A stretch of 64,000 bases of DNA, from NCBI GenBank assembly GCA_973895155.1, contig OZ316895.1, forward strand, positions 14,486,448-14,550,447. The letters run 5' to 3'. The stretch comes from Marsupella aquatica (lineage: Eukaryota > Plantae > Marchantiophyta). Shown piece by piece: positions 12,801 through 26,748 of this stretch. Position 1 is the first letter of the stretch. Each line of letters starts with the position of its first letter. The notes below the pieces were generated by a model. That model saw only the letters and a list, made by a program, of their open reading frames with translations, made no database searches and was not told where the DNA came from. Made by a program: the position numbers and the translations under genes.

Positions 12801-13830
12801 TCCTTGCCAAGTAGATATAAGGATACCGTAGTATATATTCAAACCCAAAGGGGGCACAGTGTCCTGAATTTAAGCCCAAACCAGATAAGCTGTTGGATAT
12901 GCTGTCTGCATGTTCCGATAAATTTCCTTTGAATTCTTCTCTTTTCCAAGGCTAGCAACCACCCTACAATCCAACCGGGAGCGAAGGGATTTGCACTTAG
13001 AGAGTCAACCAACTATTCCCTCTACCTGTGAGCTACGATATTTCGTCCTCAACCTCTAGGCCCAACAGCGCTTGCTCTCCAATTCTTGTCTAGCGTTCCT
13101 TGGGAAATTGCACGAAATTATAAACTTACTCTCCTATGGGGCTGTACCCCGTCGCTTTATTTAAAAAGCCGAGTGGAAGAATGAAAACCAAATTCTCAGA
13201 AGCAGAAGTGCAAAGTATGATTCGGATTGACGACATGTTCGCATTTTTTGTGTCATTTACATCACTCATTGACGGACAAGGTGTCATGCACGCATGATAT
13301 GGCAGGTATTCTAACAGAGACGCCGCACCGACACCAATTCCAGAGAACAAGAAGTCACACAACAGATGGAGAGCGAATGAAGGAACTTTGATGTCCCCAA
13401 AAGAACCAAAGAGAAATGAGACGTAAATAAATGAATGAGCGAATGAATGGTCGTTCATAGGCCACACGGAGGGAAATAGAGCGAGGACCACAGATGGGCC
13501 CGAGGGCATCATGAGACTTACGAGGATTGCAAAACCAAATACGTTGGCGAAGCTGGCGGCCATCGCAGCTCCAGCAAGGGGAAGAGCACCCAATCGCCCC
13601 ACAAAAGCGACGGAGACGAGGGCCACAGAGAAGTCCAACAAGCCCATCATCACCACAGGTGTGCCCAGACGGACCTGGTGCTTAGCCTCTTTCCGTGCCT
13701 CCTCCAATGCCGGCCTTTCGTGCAATCCGATATCTTCCTTGCTACGGGTCTCTAACAGCGGGGCCCCAAGACCGCCAACTTCATGATGCCCATTTCCCGC
13801 ATGGGAATCTCCATTCCCTCGAGCTTCCAT
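9858..13830 (-). CDS. MATE/DETOXIFICATION family efflux transporter, ~510 aa, 9 exons
   Basis: Exons 13830-13522, 12658-12488, 12362-11983, 11720-11634, 11462-11406, 11236-10992, 10774-10656, 10327-10241, 9935-9858 give an open frame. Motifs AFVGRLGALPLAGA, GLETSAGQAHGAGQ, FEWWVFE, VRVANELGA, SGVLRGSGQQ and GLWWGM. Confidence 0.95.
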
Positions 13831-16209
13831 TTTGAAACCCTCGACTGCAAGTCAGTTCTGTCCTAAAAGGTGCCCTTAATAGTGCATCTGGCGTGTAACA
13901 CTTTAGTACTCAAGCACTACTCCGTCCTTAGTCTGCCTGTCTGTGTGTGCAATTCCCAACTTTATGAATCACGCGACCCAATCACTGACTTCAATTTCTA
14001 CGGACGGGCCAACTCCTTCCCACTGCGGTTTTTTCCGAATGCTCACGGTCTCGACAATGCTTGATCGGCAAATAGACCAATGCACGACCTTTTTCCATCC
14101 ATTTCAAAACGTTCCGGTCGACTATAGTAATCAAATGCTTGCAATTCAGAACAGATCAGACAGAACAGAGCCAAGATTGCGTCACAATAACTGGGAGTGC
14201 TCGATCTTTATTAAACCCCCAGCGAACGCATTTTCCTCGTCTCCAATCTTCTCTCGATCGAGATAAATCTCCAGATGTCCCTCCTTGTCTGCTGCTCTTC
14301 GTCCGTAGACACCCACACACCCACCAGCATCTATTAAGGTGGAAGGAACGATGCTCCGGGCGTAGGTCAATCACAGCTAGCATTAACATTCCTCTGACTG
14401 GAGAACTGCACTTCCAGCTGGCAAACAGCTGTGGACAACATGAACGAAGGGCTGATCACATGAGAAAGTCTGACAAGCAGATGCACAAACCCATCACGTA
14501 CAAAGACATTTGCTCGAAGATCCGAATTGCCTGTTTTCAATATGCTCTCCCGTCGCTACTGCCTCAAACTTTCCCCTCCCAGGTGCCACCCGCAACGCAC
14601 TCCACCGATGAGGGCAGCCAACTGAGGGAGCGAAGATCCGGATTGACCGTCAGAATCAATTCCGAATATTGATACAGTTAGGCAAATGAGACAAGAATGG
14701 TGCAAATAACAGTGGCATTTCCTCAGAACGAGACTTTACGCTCGTACGTTTCTCCAGAATTATCTTCGTTTTGCAAACTCGCCTTGATTGATTCTACAAA
14801 AGATCGTTCTTCATGAATGTGCAAGTGAAACTCTAAGAGGGGCAATCCCGTCTTGACCTGTGTCCAATTCAAAGATGGAGTTACCAATCTTTGCCTCGTT
14901 TTCAAATCCACTTTGTCAGACTGGAAACGCTGGATTCATTCACACAATCAGAATCATTGGCCGCAATACACAAAGAGGATTTCACGTTCAGTGGTTCGAA
15001 GACTAGTCGAACCACAAAGTCTATGACTTCGCTTTGGAATGCCAAGTGATGATGCACATGTGCATACACAATTGGTGAAAAACCAAGGATTACTGCATCT
15101 AATCTCATGAATGAGGTTGTTCAAAAGTCGAGACCTCCGACCACATTTGGTAGTTACAGTACAAACCTTCGCTGGGATGTGACAAGTACGAACTACCAAG
15201 CATTTCTTACAGTACAATTCTACTGCAACAGTAATAAGTTGTCTCTCATAGAAGAGCCTACTTTAGTAATCCACTAACTTAGGTCTCGGTAGCTGCTTGG
15301 GACGATTGATGCATTCCCCAATCCAGCCAGGCAGGAAATAAACTAAGACCCAAGGACGAGAGAATGAGAACTCGGGAAGCGACGCTATCCCAAATCTCGA
15401 AACTGGTGCCGACCAGACCACGCCTTTCCGCAGCTGGGAGGAAGACACGGCGCTCAACTGGGTCCGTAATCAGGCGACTCGTTGCTTCAGCTTTCTCCAC
15501 AACAGTACGATCCTCCCCGGTTGTTCTTTGCACCACCGATAACTACGCTCGTACTAATAAAACGCGTGAAACTTGATCAAAAGTGCAGCAATTCATTAGT
15601 CTATCTGGTGATATGATCATATTACCACCAACAGCTGCTGACGAACTCGATTGCATTCGTTCTAGGGATTACGTGACTGAATCTACACACCTCCACCCAC
15701 GAGACTGTTGTGTCAGCAGGACAGTCACCGAGATTCGCCACTCGTCGTCCTTAGTACTCCGCAACGTCTTCGAGGGTTAGATTCTCAGCAGCTTGTACTG
15801 TAGTACTGCAGCAGGTAATTCAGGGAGCTTTGTCGACAAACCTATCGATTCCTCGGCTCCGTTTGGGTTGGTCTCCACTATTCCCAGACGTCACACTCCA
15901 CCTGCCTCATGTTCAGAGCAGCAGACCCAACAAATTCATCATCAGAAACAGAGGACGGCTCTCTGATGATGAGAAGAGGGACAATACGGTAGAGCTGGTG
16001 CAGGAGTGTCGAAGCAGAATCGCCTCAGATTGGATGGTTTCAATTCGTAATCGGACACGAGGAGATCACCTATTAGTACAGCAGTTGGCGGGCACGCGTT
16101 GGTCGATGGGAAGATGGAGTTTCGTACTTCGTGAAAAGCTCGAACAGAACAGAGCGCGAGAAACGAGGACACACTCATGCGGGGATTTCTTTGGATCCAT
16201 TTTCTTCTA

Positions 16210-17130
16210 GGGGGTCACAAAGGGAATCTCAAACCTCAGCATCTGATGCTTAACTTAGTAGTTAAGGTTAATTGAGGAATCCAAATTCATGATCAGAGGA
16301 TTCAGAGGTCTCGTGGATCATGATCTGAATACACAAGGCCAGTTCATCAATAGGGCGTTCGTTCACCAATAGGGCGTCTCAAAATTTACCATTTATTAAA
16401 CTAACATTTCTCAAACCCTCAGAACTAACATTTATCAAACTAACATTTCTCAAAGCCTACAATTTCATAGACTATCATTCATAGTCTATGACTTTTTGCA
16501 ATAAGGATTGTTCTTATGCCATTACCATGTCAGTATATAAGCATGGATTGGTCTTATGCCGTTACCATGTCAATATATAAGCATTTCTCAAAGCTGACAA
16601 TTTCATGGACTATGAAATTAGTAGTCCATGACTTTTTGCAATAAGGATTCATTTGGTCTTATGCCATTTACCATCATTCACTAGTCACTGTATTAAAAAA
16701 AAAAAACTTTTACGCAGCCTTGTAAAAAATTATGACCATTCATTTGTGGCCAAATGTCATAATTCATGATCCATAACTTTCTATCATAAATTGGTCATGT
16801 GTTCTGACGTACAGTAAATAAAGCTTTGGATTACCATATGTTATGACAGTACGTAAAGCTGTGGATTACCAAATTCAGTATCCATAACTTTCTGTCATAA
16901 AGATAGGTTATATGTTATGACCACAAGTAAAGCTATGGACTACCAAATTCATGCCTAATAACTTTCTGCCATAAAGATTGTCATATGTAATGGTCATATG
17001 TGATGACCACAAGTCTATGTAGAAGCTAGTGGAAGTTTTACATGCCATGTGAAAATGCTGTGACCATTTGCTTTGGGCCAAAATCCATCATTGGTAGCTA
17101 TGAAGCTTGTTGTTGAGAAGCCCCATTATG
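16210..17130. repeat. Composite AT-rich repeat region (short tandem arrays plus inverted homologs of 2945-3230 and 5295-5350)
   Basis: AACTAACATTT(C/A)TCAAA x3 (~16,400-16,455), ATGACTTTTTGCAATAAGGATT x2, ATAACTTTCT...ATAAA x3 (~16,770-16,975). Confidence 0.75.
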
Positions 17131-17539
17131 TCACTCCCAAAATTGAACAAAATTACCAACGTGCTTTCTAAATTACTATACTATTCCCTTGCAAGGATAG
17201 GTGGGCCATAAATAACTCAAATAATAGGAATAGCCCTAACTACCCGTTGTTCTTTGAACATAAATAGAGGTGAGGACAATAAAGTGTCGACAAATTATAT
17301 TCCCAAGTGTAATAAGAATAATGTAAGAAAACAGAAAAGGAAACCCAACTTGAGAGATTTCTCCATCAAGAGAAAGGTCCAGCATACAAAGTTTCATGGC
17401 TAAAAATTAGTGGAGGAAAGGTCAGGAAACCAAAATAGCTGAAAATTAAACCAAATTGCAGTGTAATTTACCAAACACTTCCAGTTCCTTTAAGCCTCTA
17501 TTCCCATTTCCTTTGGGTGTACTCTTGTTATGTTCCATT

Positions 17540-19150
17540 TCTTCTTTTGCTTTTCTTTTTTTTTAACTTTTTTTATTACTGAAAAAGGCCCCAAGAAACC
17601 CACGGCGAGGACCAGAGGGGGGGCAAGGGGCGAAACCCAACAGCAAAGCAAAAGAACACCGGCAAAGGCCGCAGCAACACTGGCGCCCAAGAAATAAAAC
17701 CCCTGGGCCCTAGGTCAAGACTTTAGGGCGGGAATGAGTCCTAGTCAACCATCTACTAATGGCCAAAAAATGAATCCAACTACAATCCCACATCCAGTGC
17801 ACAAAATGGCAGTCCCAATGGATGGGCCTCCAATGAGAGAAAGCAAAGGTACTAGGTTCAGAATAATCTCACCTAGTATACCAATTCCTAAAGGACAAAG
17901 ACCTTCTCTTAAGTTGCTTACTAGCTATTGTGATCAGAGTAGGAGGTGCTGCCACTACAAGCTTGCCAACCACCACCCAACCAAGGGGAGATGGGGCAGC
18001 TCATACAAATTCTAGGTTGTTCTTGCATAGTTGCTGGTCAACGTGTTGTTGTGCCGGCCAGTGGCTCTAGTGACCATGGTAGCAAGTCCCTCTGTGGCCT
18101 TCGTGATAGCAGATTTCGTTTTGAGAGTCTTTGTTTGCTGAAGAAGAATGTTAGCATGCAGCATGGCGTTGTTGAGGATGAGATGCAGAGGAAATCTAGC
18201 AGAGGGTGCATTGAAAAATTTTGGGCATCTTTCAAGCCAAAGAGTATTAAGCATTTCAGCCAGCAAAAGCATTTGCCCTGGATTTCACTTCTGGGTCCGG
18301 ATGGCAGCGTCAATCTTACCGAAAAGTGAGAACCCGACAGCTTTATCAAAAACTGTACCGTGTGCGACGTGTTCAAGGAGTCCCCAACTTTGAGTAATAG
18401 TCGGGCAGTATATGAACACGTAATCAGAATTCTCCAATGTAGTACAACTACAATTGGGACACAGACCATTGTTGAGGCCCCACTTAAGAGTGCAAGAATT
18501 AGTGAAAAAGCCAGCATGTAAAACTTTCCAAATAACAAGTCTGGCTTTAGGTGCACTCCAGCCTCTCCACAATGTTTCCATCGCTGGTGCCACATTGTGG
18601 GGTGGTGTCCAGCAAGTGCCATCTACGATTGAGATTGAGGATCGGCATGTTGCGGTCTCTGTACGTTCATGCTGGCCCAAATATGTGTGGGGAGATTCCA
18701 GCCATGTTGTTCACCATCAGCCCATTCCCAATTCCATCCTGATAGGTTAGCAAGGTGGACCTCAGCTTTTCCTTGGCTCCCAATAAGGATATTCAGTAGG
18801 CTGTTCAAGGCAAGCACCCCCGGTGGCCTGGTGGTCCTGATGTTACCTTGCATTTCAGCCAAAGTCTTCCATTGGCCAGATTCTCTGTTCTGAGCATCAT
18901 GCATGTCATTAACAGTTTATACCTTCCAATTCGCAAGAAGACTCTTCAACTCGTAGTTGTCTTGTCTTGAAAGTTGTAGCTGCTTGTCAAGAAGACGCAA
19001 GAGTTGGTCAATTGAGAGAGATTGAGGCAATGTACTGGCTGAGGGTATGAACCTCATATTACTGCATGCCTTGTCCCATCCGTTAGCACACAGTTCAGCA
19101 TGGGGGCATGGGGGATTTCTTCTTTGGATAATTTGGAAGAGACTTCAGAA
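17540..19150 (-). mobile_element. Degenerate LINE (L1-like) 3' remnant with zf-RVT region
   Basis: KARLVIWKVLHAGFFTNSCTLKWGLNNGLCPNCSCTTLENSDYVFIYCP (ORF 18285-18680) matches the zf-RVT pattern of plant LINE ORF2. Many stops; a T-rich tract at ~17,540-17,575 may be the poly(A) tail. Confidence 0.72.
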
Positions 19151-19299
19151 ATTTGGATGTTGCTTGTATCATAAATTCTGTTGCTAGACACATGAGGCAT
19201 GGTTTAGATGCATCATAAAACCTCCAAAAACTCACCCCACCCGATCCTATTTTTCACTCTCATCCTAAATTTTTATTCATGTCCCCTTAGTTCTAGGAT

Positions 19300-19575
19300 T
19301 ACTCTTAGGTCTAGAGTTACGACTGTACCGCAGTTAGGGCTAACCTAAGTTGCAGAGTAGGTTAGGTTAGTCATGCTATGCACGCACTATACCCAAGCGG
19401 TGTTTGCTTGCCATGGATAGAGGGAACTCAGGCTCATTGTAACGGAGCCAGTTGAGAGATAGGGAGAGTTTGTGCTGTGGATGCTTTGTATGGTCGGTTG
19501 CCCTAGAGTGTAGTGAAGCTCTTGTATGTTCCCGTGAACGTAACCTCATGTGGAGGTGAACCACATATCTCTCTT
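19300..19575 (+). repeat. Partial copia LTR, same family as 2598-2941, opposite orientation
   Basis: AGGCTCATTGTAACGGAGCCAGTTGAGAGATAGGGAGAG...CCCGTGAACGTAACCTCATGTGGAGGTGAACCAC aligns by eye to the reverse complement of the first LTR; ends are unclear. Confidence 0.8.
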
Positions 19576-21367
19576 TCAGTTTTGACTTTACCTGAGATAC
19601 TGTGGAGTCATTGTGAGCTTTGAAATGATGATAGAAACCATGGTACATGTCATCATTTTAACATACATCATTCTCTCCATGCACATCCTTTTTTTCATGC
19701 ACATGAATTTGGTGGGGCCCTGACATACTCTCCATGCACATACATTTTGGTGGGGCCCTAGAGTCACGGTCTAGAGGCTTCACTCTAGAAACCTAGACCC
19801 CAACTCTCACTCCCTTTGGGTTTTATAAATAAGACGTGTGGATAAGATTAAACTGTGGGGGCAGACTACTAATGAAAAACAGTTTGGGGGCAACTAAAGA
19901 AAGTTATGCAATTTTGGGGGATAACTTAGTAACAAACAGTTTTTTTAGTTGACATTTGCAGCCCCTCAACAAATAGGGCAACAAATGCATGCCTTGAAAG
20001 CTGTGTGCCCCATGGGCATGCAACTCAATGGGTGTTTATTGGAGGGAATGGGCTGGTGGGTCCCCACCCACAAGATTTTTGTCTTTTTATTCTTTGTATA
20101 TTTATGTACTTTATGGAAAACAATGTCATGATTGTATGGCTTCAAGTGCAAGATTTTTCTCCATATGTTCTTTGTATATGTCTATACTTTAACAAAGTGT
20201 CATGATTGTATGGAAGGGAGGGCAAGGGTTTTCTAGTCAGTCTTTGTACATTTCTGGACTTTGGGAAGAGAATGCCATGCATGGAAGAAGGAGAGAAGTG
20301 CAAGGGCACTTTTGAGATTTGTCCACTACTTGGCTCTTGGTAAAGAAAGTAAAATTTGAACTTACATGAAATTTGAGTTTGATTTCAAGTGTAAGGAAAG
20401 GAATAAAAAATATATGCTTGAAGAAACTTATAGGGAGTCAAGTGTACTAACTCCTCGTTACTAAGGCATTATGGGCAATATTATGCCTCTCAAAATTTGG
20501 GCTAAAACCCTGTTTGTTGGACATCAAAGCCCACAATGTTTTTGGAAAAGGTTGTACTATATGCCAAATGCCCTGTTACAATGGTGTTATCAGCTTGGTG
20601 ACGCAATCTTATGCGATACTTTCTAGGTGGGTTGCAATCACACAAGGTTCTTGTGTTGTGCAGTGCAGGGTGGACAGGCTTTGAATTTCTTTGCTAGGGA
20701 CAGGAGAGGGCTTCACTACAGGGTTCTGGCTTCTCCCTCTTCTAACTCACCTACTACTGATTTTTAGCACTCAAGAATTTCACAACCCACCAAGACAGTA
20801 GCACATAAAAAAAATCATCATGTATTTGTTTCTATTTTTCAGTGCATTTGAGAAGAGAAATGCCCAGTCAAGATTTGTATCACCTTTTTTAGGAAGATTC
20901 TCCTCTACTATTACTAAAGTTAGTAAACTAATAATCTCTTAAGCCTTAAGTGTATTTAGGCCCTCTTTCCAGAACATCAGGGCAATAGTAGCCCCTCAAA
21001 ACTTGAAATGAATAAGGACATGAATTACACAAATATCCCCTCCATATCCTAGAGTTGAGTATGGGAGAGTATATAGAATACATAAGAAGAGGAGAAAGTA
21101 AGGAACACATGCTTGAGAATGTGGGCAAGCCTATGAAGGAGAAAAGAACACACAATGATTTAGAATCAAAGTCGAAGGATGGTACATAAGGGAGGCAGGT
21201 ATGGGTTGTGTGTTACTTAGGGTGTCTCCATGCTCAACCGGGGCTGGAATTACAGATTTATGGTCCATTCTTTAACTCTCCTTATGGAACCCAGTTGAGG
21301 AGTTTTGATCTACCCCATAAAGTGTGAGTTAAAACCTCACCTCCATCTCATAGTATATATCATTTTT

Positions 21368-21719
21368 TGTTGAGCACAGATGACATTCACAACAGTAAGC
21401 ACATCATGACACATCTAACGTACAAGTAATTGACACAAAAGATACGTGATTCACCTCTTCGAGACTACGTCCACAGGAACACACAAGAGAGCTTTCCTGA
21501 ACTCTAAGCCTGTCAATCATACCGAGTCTCCACAGTGTAAAACTCTCTTTATCTCTCAAGTGACTCTGTAACAACGAGCCTTAGTTCCACTTATTCAAGC
21601 ACATGCCACTTTGAGATATAGTACGTGTGCAACTTGGTTACGCTACCCCATCTTTGACTATGGTTAACTTAACTACAGTTACATGTAATTACATTTGACA
21701 TAAGAATAAATACCTAACA
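21368..21719 (-). mobile_element. Solo copia LTR (352 bp)
   Basis: Starts TGTTGAGCA like the first LTR, ends CCTAACA, carries GACTACGTCCACAGG; flanked by TTTTT/TTTTT (TSD, low complexity). Confidence 0.85.
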
Positions 21720-21743
21720 TTTTTCCTTCACCCTTGGTCAGCT

Positions 21744-21819
21744 GTCACCTCAAATATAGCAGTCATCGTTATGTTAGGAGTCACCTCAAATATAGCAGTC
21801 ATCGTTATGTTAGGAGTCA
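21744..21819. repeat. Perfect 36-bp tandem duplication
   Basis: GTCACCTCAAATATAGCAGTCATCGTTATGTTAGGA twice. Confidence 0.9.
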
Positions 21820-22097
21820 TTATTATGTCAGGATTTTAGATTTTCCTCCATAAAGTTGTTAAGGTATTGGTTTAGGGTCCCATAAAGAGAGTTATGGGAA
21901 GGCCTTGTCCTGGTTATGGGAAGGCATAATCCTGGTATAATTGCTGAGTATTGAAACGCCCCATTGGTTCAGATGGGGTTCTGTAGCTTTTTGGATTTTT
22001 AGATTTATCTCCAGAAAGTTGTTAAGGTTATTGGTTTAGTGTTGACATAGAAGAGACCGGGCTTGTTAAAACTGTTACAACAGTATGCACCTGTAAT

Positions 22098-22147
22098 TTG
22101 GCCAAAGGACCAATTAACAGAGTGGCCAAAGGACCAACTAACAGAGT
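22098..22147. repeat. 24-bp tandem duplication
   Basis: TGGCCAAAGGACCAA(T/C)TAACAGAG twice. Confidence 0.85.
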
Positions 22148-23142
22148 TTACAATCTAGTGGACTTGGAATGCTAGGTGAATCATGTTTTCTCCCTGCACT
22201 CCTGAGGTCTATAATGCAACCCCAGAATCCAGCATTTGAACCAGGTAAGTAGTCGCTCTTCTCCTGTGGCGAGCTGAAAATTTCAACATTATTGGCTTGA
22301 TAAGCAAAATGACATTTGACAGATTTTAATGTTCAGAGGGATAGAGGGAATAGAACCAACTAGCTAGATCTGTGACTGCGAGGCTTCGACTTCTCTTGGT
22401 GCTTCACAACAATTAATTTTAACTCGAGCTCGTGTCGAGTTGAAGAGCAAAATAATTGCAGCCTTTTCAAAGCTTTGTTCAGCCACCAACATCGCCAACA
22501 ACTAGCCGAGGCGTTGTGTTGAATTGGGTTGAACTGAAACGAATTGAGTTTCTGTAATGCCTGTCGGGCGGAACCTTTACCGATATGCACAATGGAAACT
22601 TGTTTCCTCCAGCAATAAGATTGAAGTAATTTTATTTAGTTTAGGAGTTTCCTCCTAGTGAATTCAGATTTCCTTTCTTTAGCCAAGGACACTCGGATTT
22701 TAAATGCCACAGGAAGACACCAGACAGCAAGATCACACGGTTTGATTCCAAAATTTTGGCCATGACGTACATCCAAAACAAAAACTAACCATTGACTTGC
22801 ATTGAAGATTTTACAAACATTCGTCAAATTGGATGTTTAACAGAATCTGATCTACAATCAGTTGAGGAGAAGAGACATTCCCATGTTTGTCCGGTAGAAC
22901 AGGAATATCTGTCAATTTCAGGCCTCTCTTGAGATACGGCAGACAAATTACTCCCCTATAGCACCTGGGCCGACGATTGGTAGGAGTATTTCAAGTCTTG
23001 GTCGTTTCAATTGCCAGTATACCTCCTACTTCACCATGAAAGGAACCCTAAACTTTCGCCACAGCCCACAACACCAATACGATCCCAACAAACTCCCAAA
23101 CAAGAAGAGCAAAAAGGAGGAAAAGCAAACAGAAAGCTCATT

Positions 23143-23231
23143 GCCTCTCACCTTGCACACCTGAATTCTGGCTATGATTACACAAGCCTGCCTTCTCACC
23201 TTGCACACCTGAATTCTGGCTATGATTACAG
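23143..23231. repeat. ~48-bp-period tandem duplication
   Basis: TCTCACCTTGCACACCTGAATTCTGGCTATGATTACA twice. Confidence 0.9.
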
Positions 23232-25491
23232 CCAATAACAGCTAACAGAGCCATTTCTATTTGACTGAAATCCGACATGGAGTATTGAACTAGAGCTATC
23301 TCATCCTCGCCTGACCACAAAATAACCATATCTAGGGCCGTTGACCTGCCAAAGAGTCTGCCAACCAGCATGCTTCCAATGGAGACCTGCTACTTAAGAT
23401 GGTATTTGAAGAACATGGAACGCCGGTTTTGAATTTATAACTGTAGGTTTAGTATCTTCTCCAACAGAAAACCACAGTAAAATTTTAATATCGAAGGTAA
23501 CTCGCTTTATGAATGTTTTACAAATGTAAGCGGAAGCAGCAAATGAAATTCGAAAAATCCTTCTCCCAAGTCCAAGAAAAGAATTCCATAATGAGAAAAG
23601 TTCGAGTAATACATTTCTCGAGTATGTACTCGAACATTAGCAGAGTTTGGACACCAATGAGAACCATGCATCCCTTCAGCATCCTCTCCAGACTTATAGA
23701 GCTAGGGTCCATCACAGTTGATCCTCAGCTGGGAAAGCAGTTAATCGAAAGATCAAATGCCTTGTCCCAAGGTCAAATAGAACCTCCACAATATTCACAA
23801 ACGCATATTTTGTAATTGTCACATCTTTTGTCTGATATGGAGAGACGCAATTTCTCTTTCTTCTTGGAAGTTAATACACTTCGTAATGGAAAAAAGCTTC
23901 ACAAAGTTAACAGTGTAGAGGAAAACAATTTCACCAGATCAAGATAATTCTATTGAAACACTAGGATTTCCTTCGAATTGGCGTGGTTTTAAGAACCATG
24001 ACAGCCATCCAAAACTCGGCACTATGTCTGACGATATGCAGTGAAAAGAGACCCTTACTTCTTGACCTTTAGACAGTTACTAGAAATATGCTTGGCGTCC
24101 TTGTCATGTGGACATTGAATAAGCAGAGTTGCCATCGCACGACGAGTCCAGACCTCCTTCACTTCAAAGGGGCAAACCCTTCAATGAACAAACAGTCATT
24201 CATTAGAAATTGAAGAGACAAGTTAGAAACTCAGACTAAGAGTACCTGGAAATACAGAATAAAAAAGTCTCACCCCTAGGCATTGAGTTCTTGAAACCAG
24301 TTATGACAAAATACGTTTAAAGCGACGACATTAGACTTGAAAAACTGATGATAGAACCCCCCAAAAACATTTGCGTATCAGGAAGACAAAAAGCTCGTTC
24401 CAAATATGAGATATACCAGAACAGAATTTGGAAACTGGATATATCCAAGAGTGAAACTACAACAGGGAAAGACGGGTCCACTGAGCAGCATCTGTCAGAC
24501 TCGTACTAATAGAGATCCGACCTGGGTCAACAGAATAACAGCAAGGATGGGATCAGTACAATATCACCAAATTGCATGCATGTAATTCGACGCAATAAAT
24601 CTCGACGATTGCATGTAATATGACTAAACGATCGAGACGATCTAAAAATCACCCTTAAAATGCACTTCCCACCGTGGGTAAGATCCAACAAGTACGTTCA
24701 ACAACGTCCCTTCTCACGATTGACACGATGGAAAAACTACCCTCAAAACGTTCCAAATCACTCACGACATTGACGCTAAAACACCTACTTCCAGATCTAC
24801 GAAAAAGCGCTGCAGGTATCTCCATAGATCCCTGCAAAGTCTTTGGACCATTCACGTATCGAACACTAAATTTCACAAACGGACATCAAGCCCAAAAGCA
24901 AGACCTAAATTTCGATTCATATTTTCAGACCTGGAAAGGCAAGACTTAGACCAAAGCCGTCTGACATAAGATGCCCCTCATTGACTCAGCGACAAAGCCT
25001 TAGTTGGTGGTCTGGCGGAGATCCTAAGTCTCTTACCCCAACAAGCTTTCAGATACAAGACACGGGTTTCCTTGATCACAAATCGCTCGCCTCCGTTTGC
25101 TTGCTCTGCAAAATGTATCCACGCCAATCTGTACCCCAAACATGTGACGACACTAAGTCCGTGCGATGAGAATACAAGCTTGACAATATGGCAGATATTT
25201 TCCGGCATTAAACATTCCAGATGGATTAGATCCAACTTACATTTCTTGGAGCGAGAAGTTTCACGATACATCGCTGCATTCATTCATTCCTCCTTCAGTT
25301 CCACCTTCATGTAACCAGCAAAAATATACTAATTTCTACTTGTACATTGCCGATAATACCCCTGCAAGTAACTCCTGCTGCACAATGCCTCGCACGCCCC
25401 AGCAGCTGTATGTCTGGAGTTTAACGAATAATTACAAGCAGCAGATCCAACCCAATCCCTTGAAAATCGGCCTCTAGCCTTCGTTACGTCG

Positions 25492-26748
25492 CTAAAGCTG
25501 AAGACTGCAGAGCCAATCCCACTGCAGTGAAACGGAGCACGGAACCTTGGTCCATCCTAGTTCCGTATTCTTCACACCTAGCCCATCGCTTTTAAGTGGT
25601 ACCAGACGCACTCCTTTCCCAGCTGCGTATCGATATACTAAAGCCAGAAGTTCCCCATCGAGAGCGACGACAGCGGCAGGAAATGCGTGGACATTTTGGG
25701 CTCGTTTGCGGTTGAGAACATTCCATGAGATCGTTTGCGACAATTCCCAGGACATGGAGACGTCGTCGTAGAAGTCCAATTGAGAATCATTAATCCTATG
25801 AAGCTTTCCGCGTATTTCGAATAGAATCTCTCTGTGCCCATGACGGGTCAAGTTGTCAATTCGTCTCCACTCATCATTGCAAATGTTATAAGCTTCGACA
25901 AAGCCCTCATCCATGTCCTCAAAGTGACTCCTTTCCAGTTCAGTGGGCATACCGCTGTGGAGAAAAAAGTCATTTTGGAGAGAGATCAGTTTAGGTTCCA
26001 ACCGAATGGAAAGCATGGGCGCAATTGGATGCCATGCATCTTGAGCTGGATCGTACACCTCCGAGAGACTGTCTGCGCCAGCTCCTCCAAACACGTAAAT
26101 CTTCCCATCCCTCACTCCAGAAGCGAAGGATTGCCGAGGGCTCGCCATGCTGGCGCACTGCTGCCACCTACCGGGCCCGGCAAGATCGAAGGAGTGAACC
26201 TCGTTCCTCGCAAAGATAGAGCTCTTGTTGGTCCCTCCAAGCACATACAATTTGCCCAGTGACGAGACGCAGCAGCAGAGATTGGGAACTCCTCTATGAA
26301 TGCCTGGAATTTGAGGCAGTAGGTGCCATTTATAAGTGGAAGTGTCATACACAGACATTAAGTTCGTCCATTTCTCTACTCCCAACGATGTATCGAAGTG
26401 TGTCATGGCGATGAGGGTTTGAGTCGAACTGGTTCGAACTCGGGCATCGTGGACCTGTCGGCTGGTGATGGCGTGCTGCCACGCACGGCTCACCGAGAAG
26501 ACGGTCGACAACATTCTCCACGATAGTCTAGTTATGACATGGTCGATTGTTATCTCATCCGGTAGACCTGGGAGAAGATTGGACAACGAAGTCCCAGAGC
26601 TACTGCTGTCATCGTTCGTCAACATCAAGGCACGGGGTCTAGAAACAATCCCGCAATTGTCGTCTTCATTGTTGTGACCTGTCATCCGTTTTTCTCCTCT
26701 GCCAGCAGGTAAGGATATGTGCCCTCCGACCGCATACATTTCTCCCAT
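25492..26748 (-). CDS. F-box/Kelch-repeat protein, intronless (start ATG uncertain)
   Basis: F-box-like LLPGLPDEITIDHVITRL..VSRAW followed by Kelch repeats (GKLYVLGG, WQQCASMASPRQSFA..DGKIYVFGG, EVYDPAQDAWHPIAPM). The ORF track starts at a TTG (26778); the first ATG is at 26748. Confidence 0.92.
   Translation of the reverse strand: MGEMYAVGGHISLPAGRGEKRMTGHNNEDDNCGIVSRPRALMLTNDDSSSSGTSLSNLLPGLPDEITIDHVITRLSWRMLSTVFSVSRAWQHAITSRQVHDARVRTSSTQTLIAMTHFDTSLGVEKWTNLMSVYDTSTYKWHLLPQIPGIHRGVPNLCCCVSSLGKLYVLGGTNKSSIFARNEVHSFDLAGPGRWQQCASMASPRQSFASGVRDGKIYVFGGAGADSLSEVYDPAQDAWHPIAPMLSIRLEPKLISLQNDFFLHSGMPTELERSHFEDMDEGFVEAYNICNDEWRRIDNLTRHGHREILFEIRGKLHRINDSQLDFYDDVSMSWELSQTISWNVLNRKRAQNVHAFPAAVVALDGELLALVYRYAAGKGVRLVPLKSDGLGVKNTELGWTKVPCSVSLQWDWLCSLQL

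Noticed and set aside
22250-25300. Possible additional minus-strand gene downstream of the Kelch gene
   Set aside because: Scattered splice-like sites, but no consistent exon chain or protein motif.
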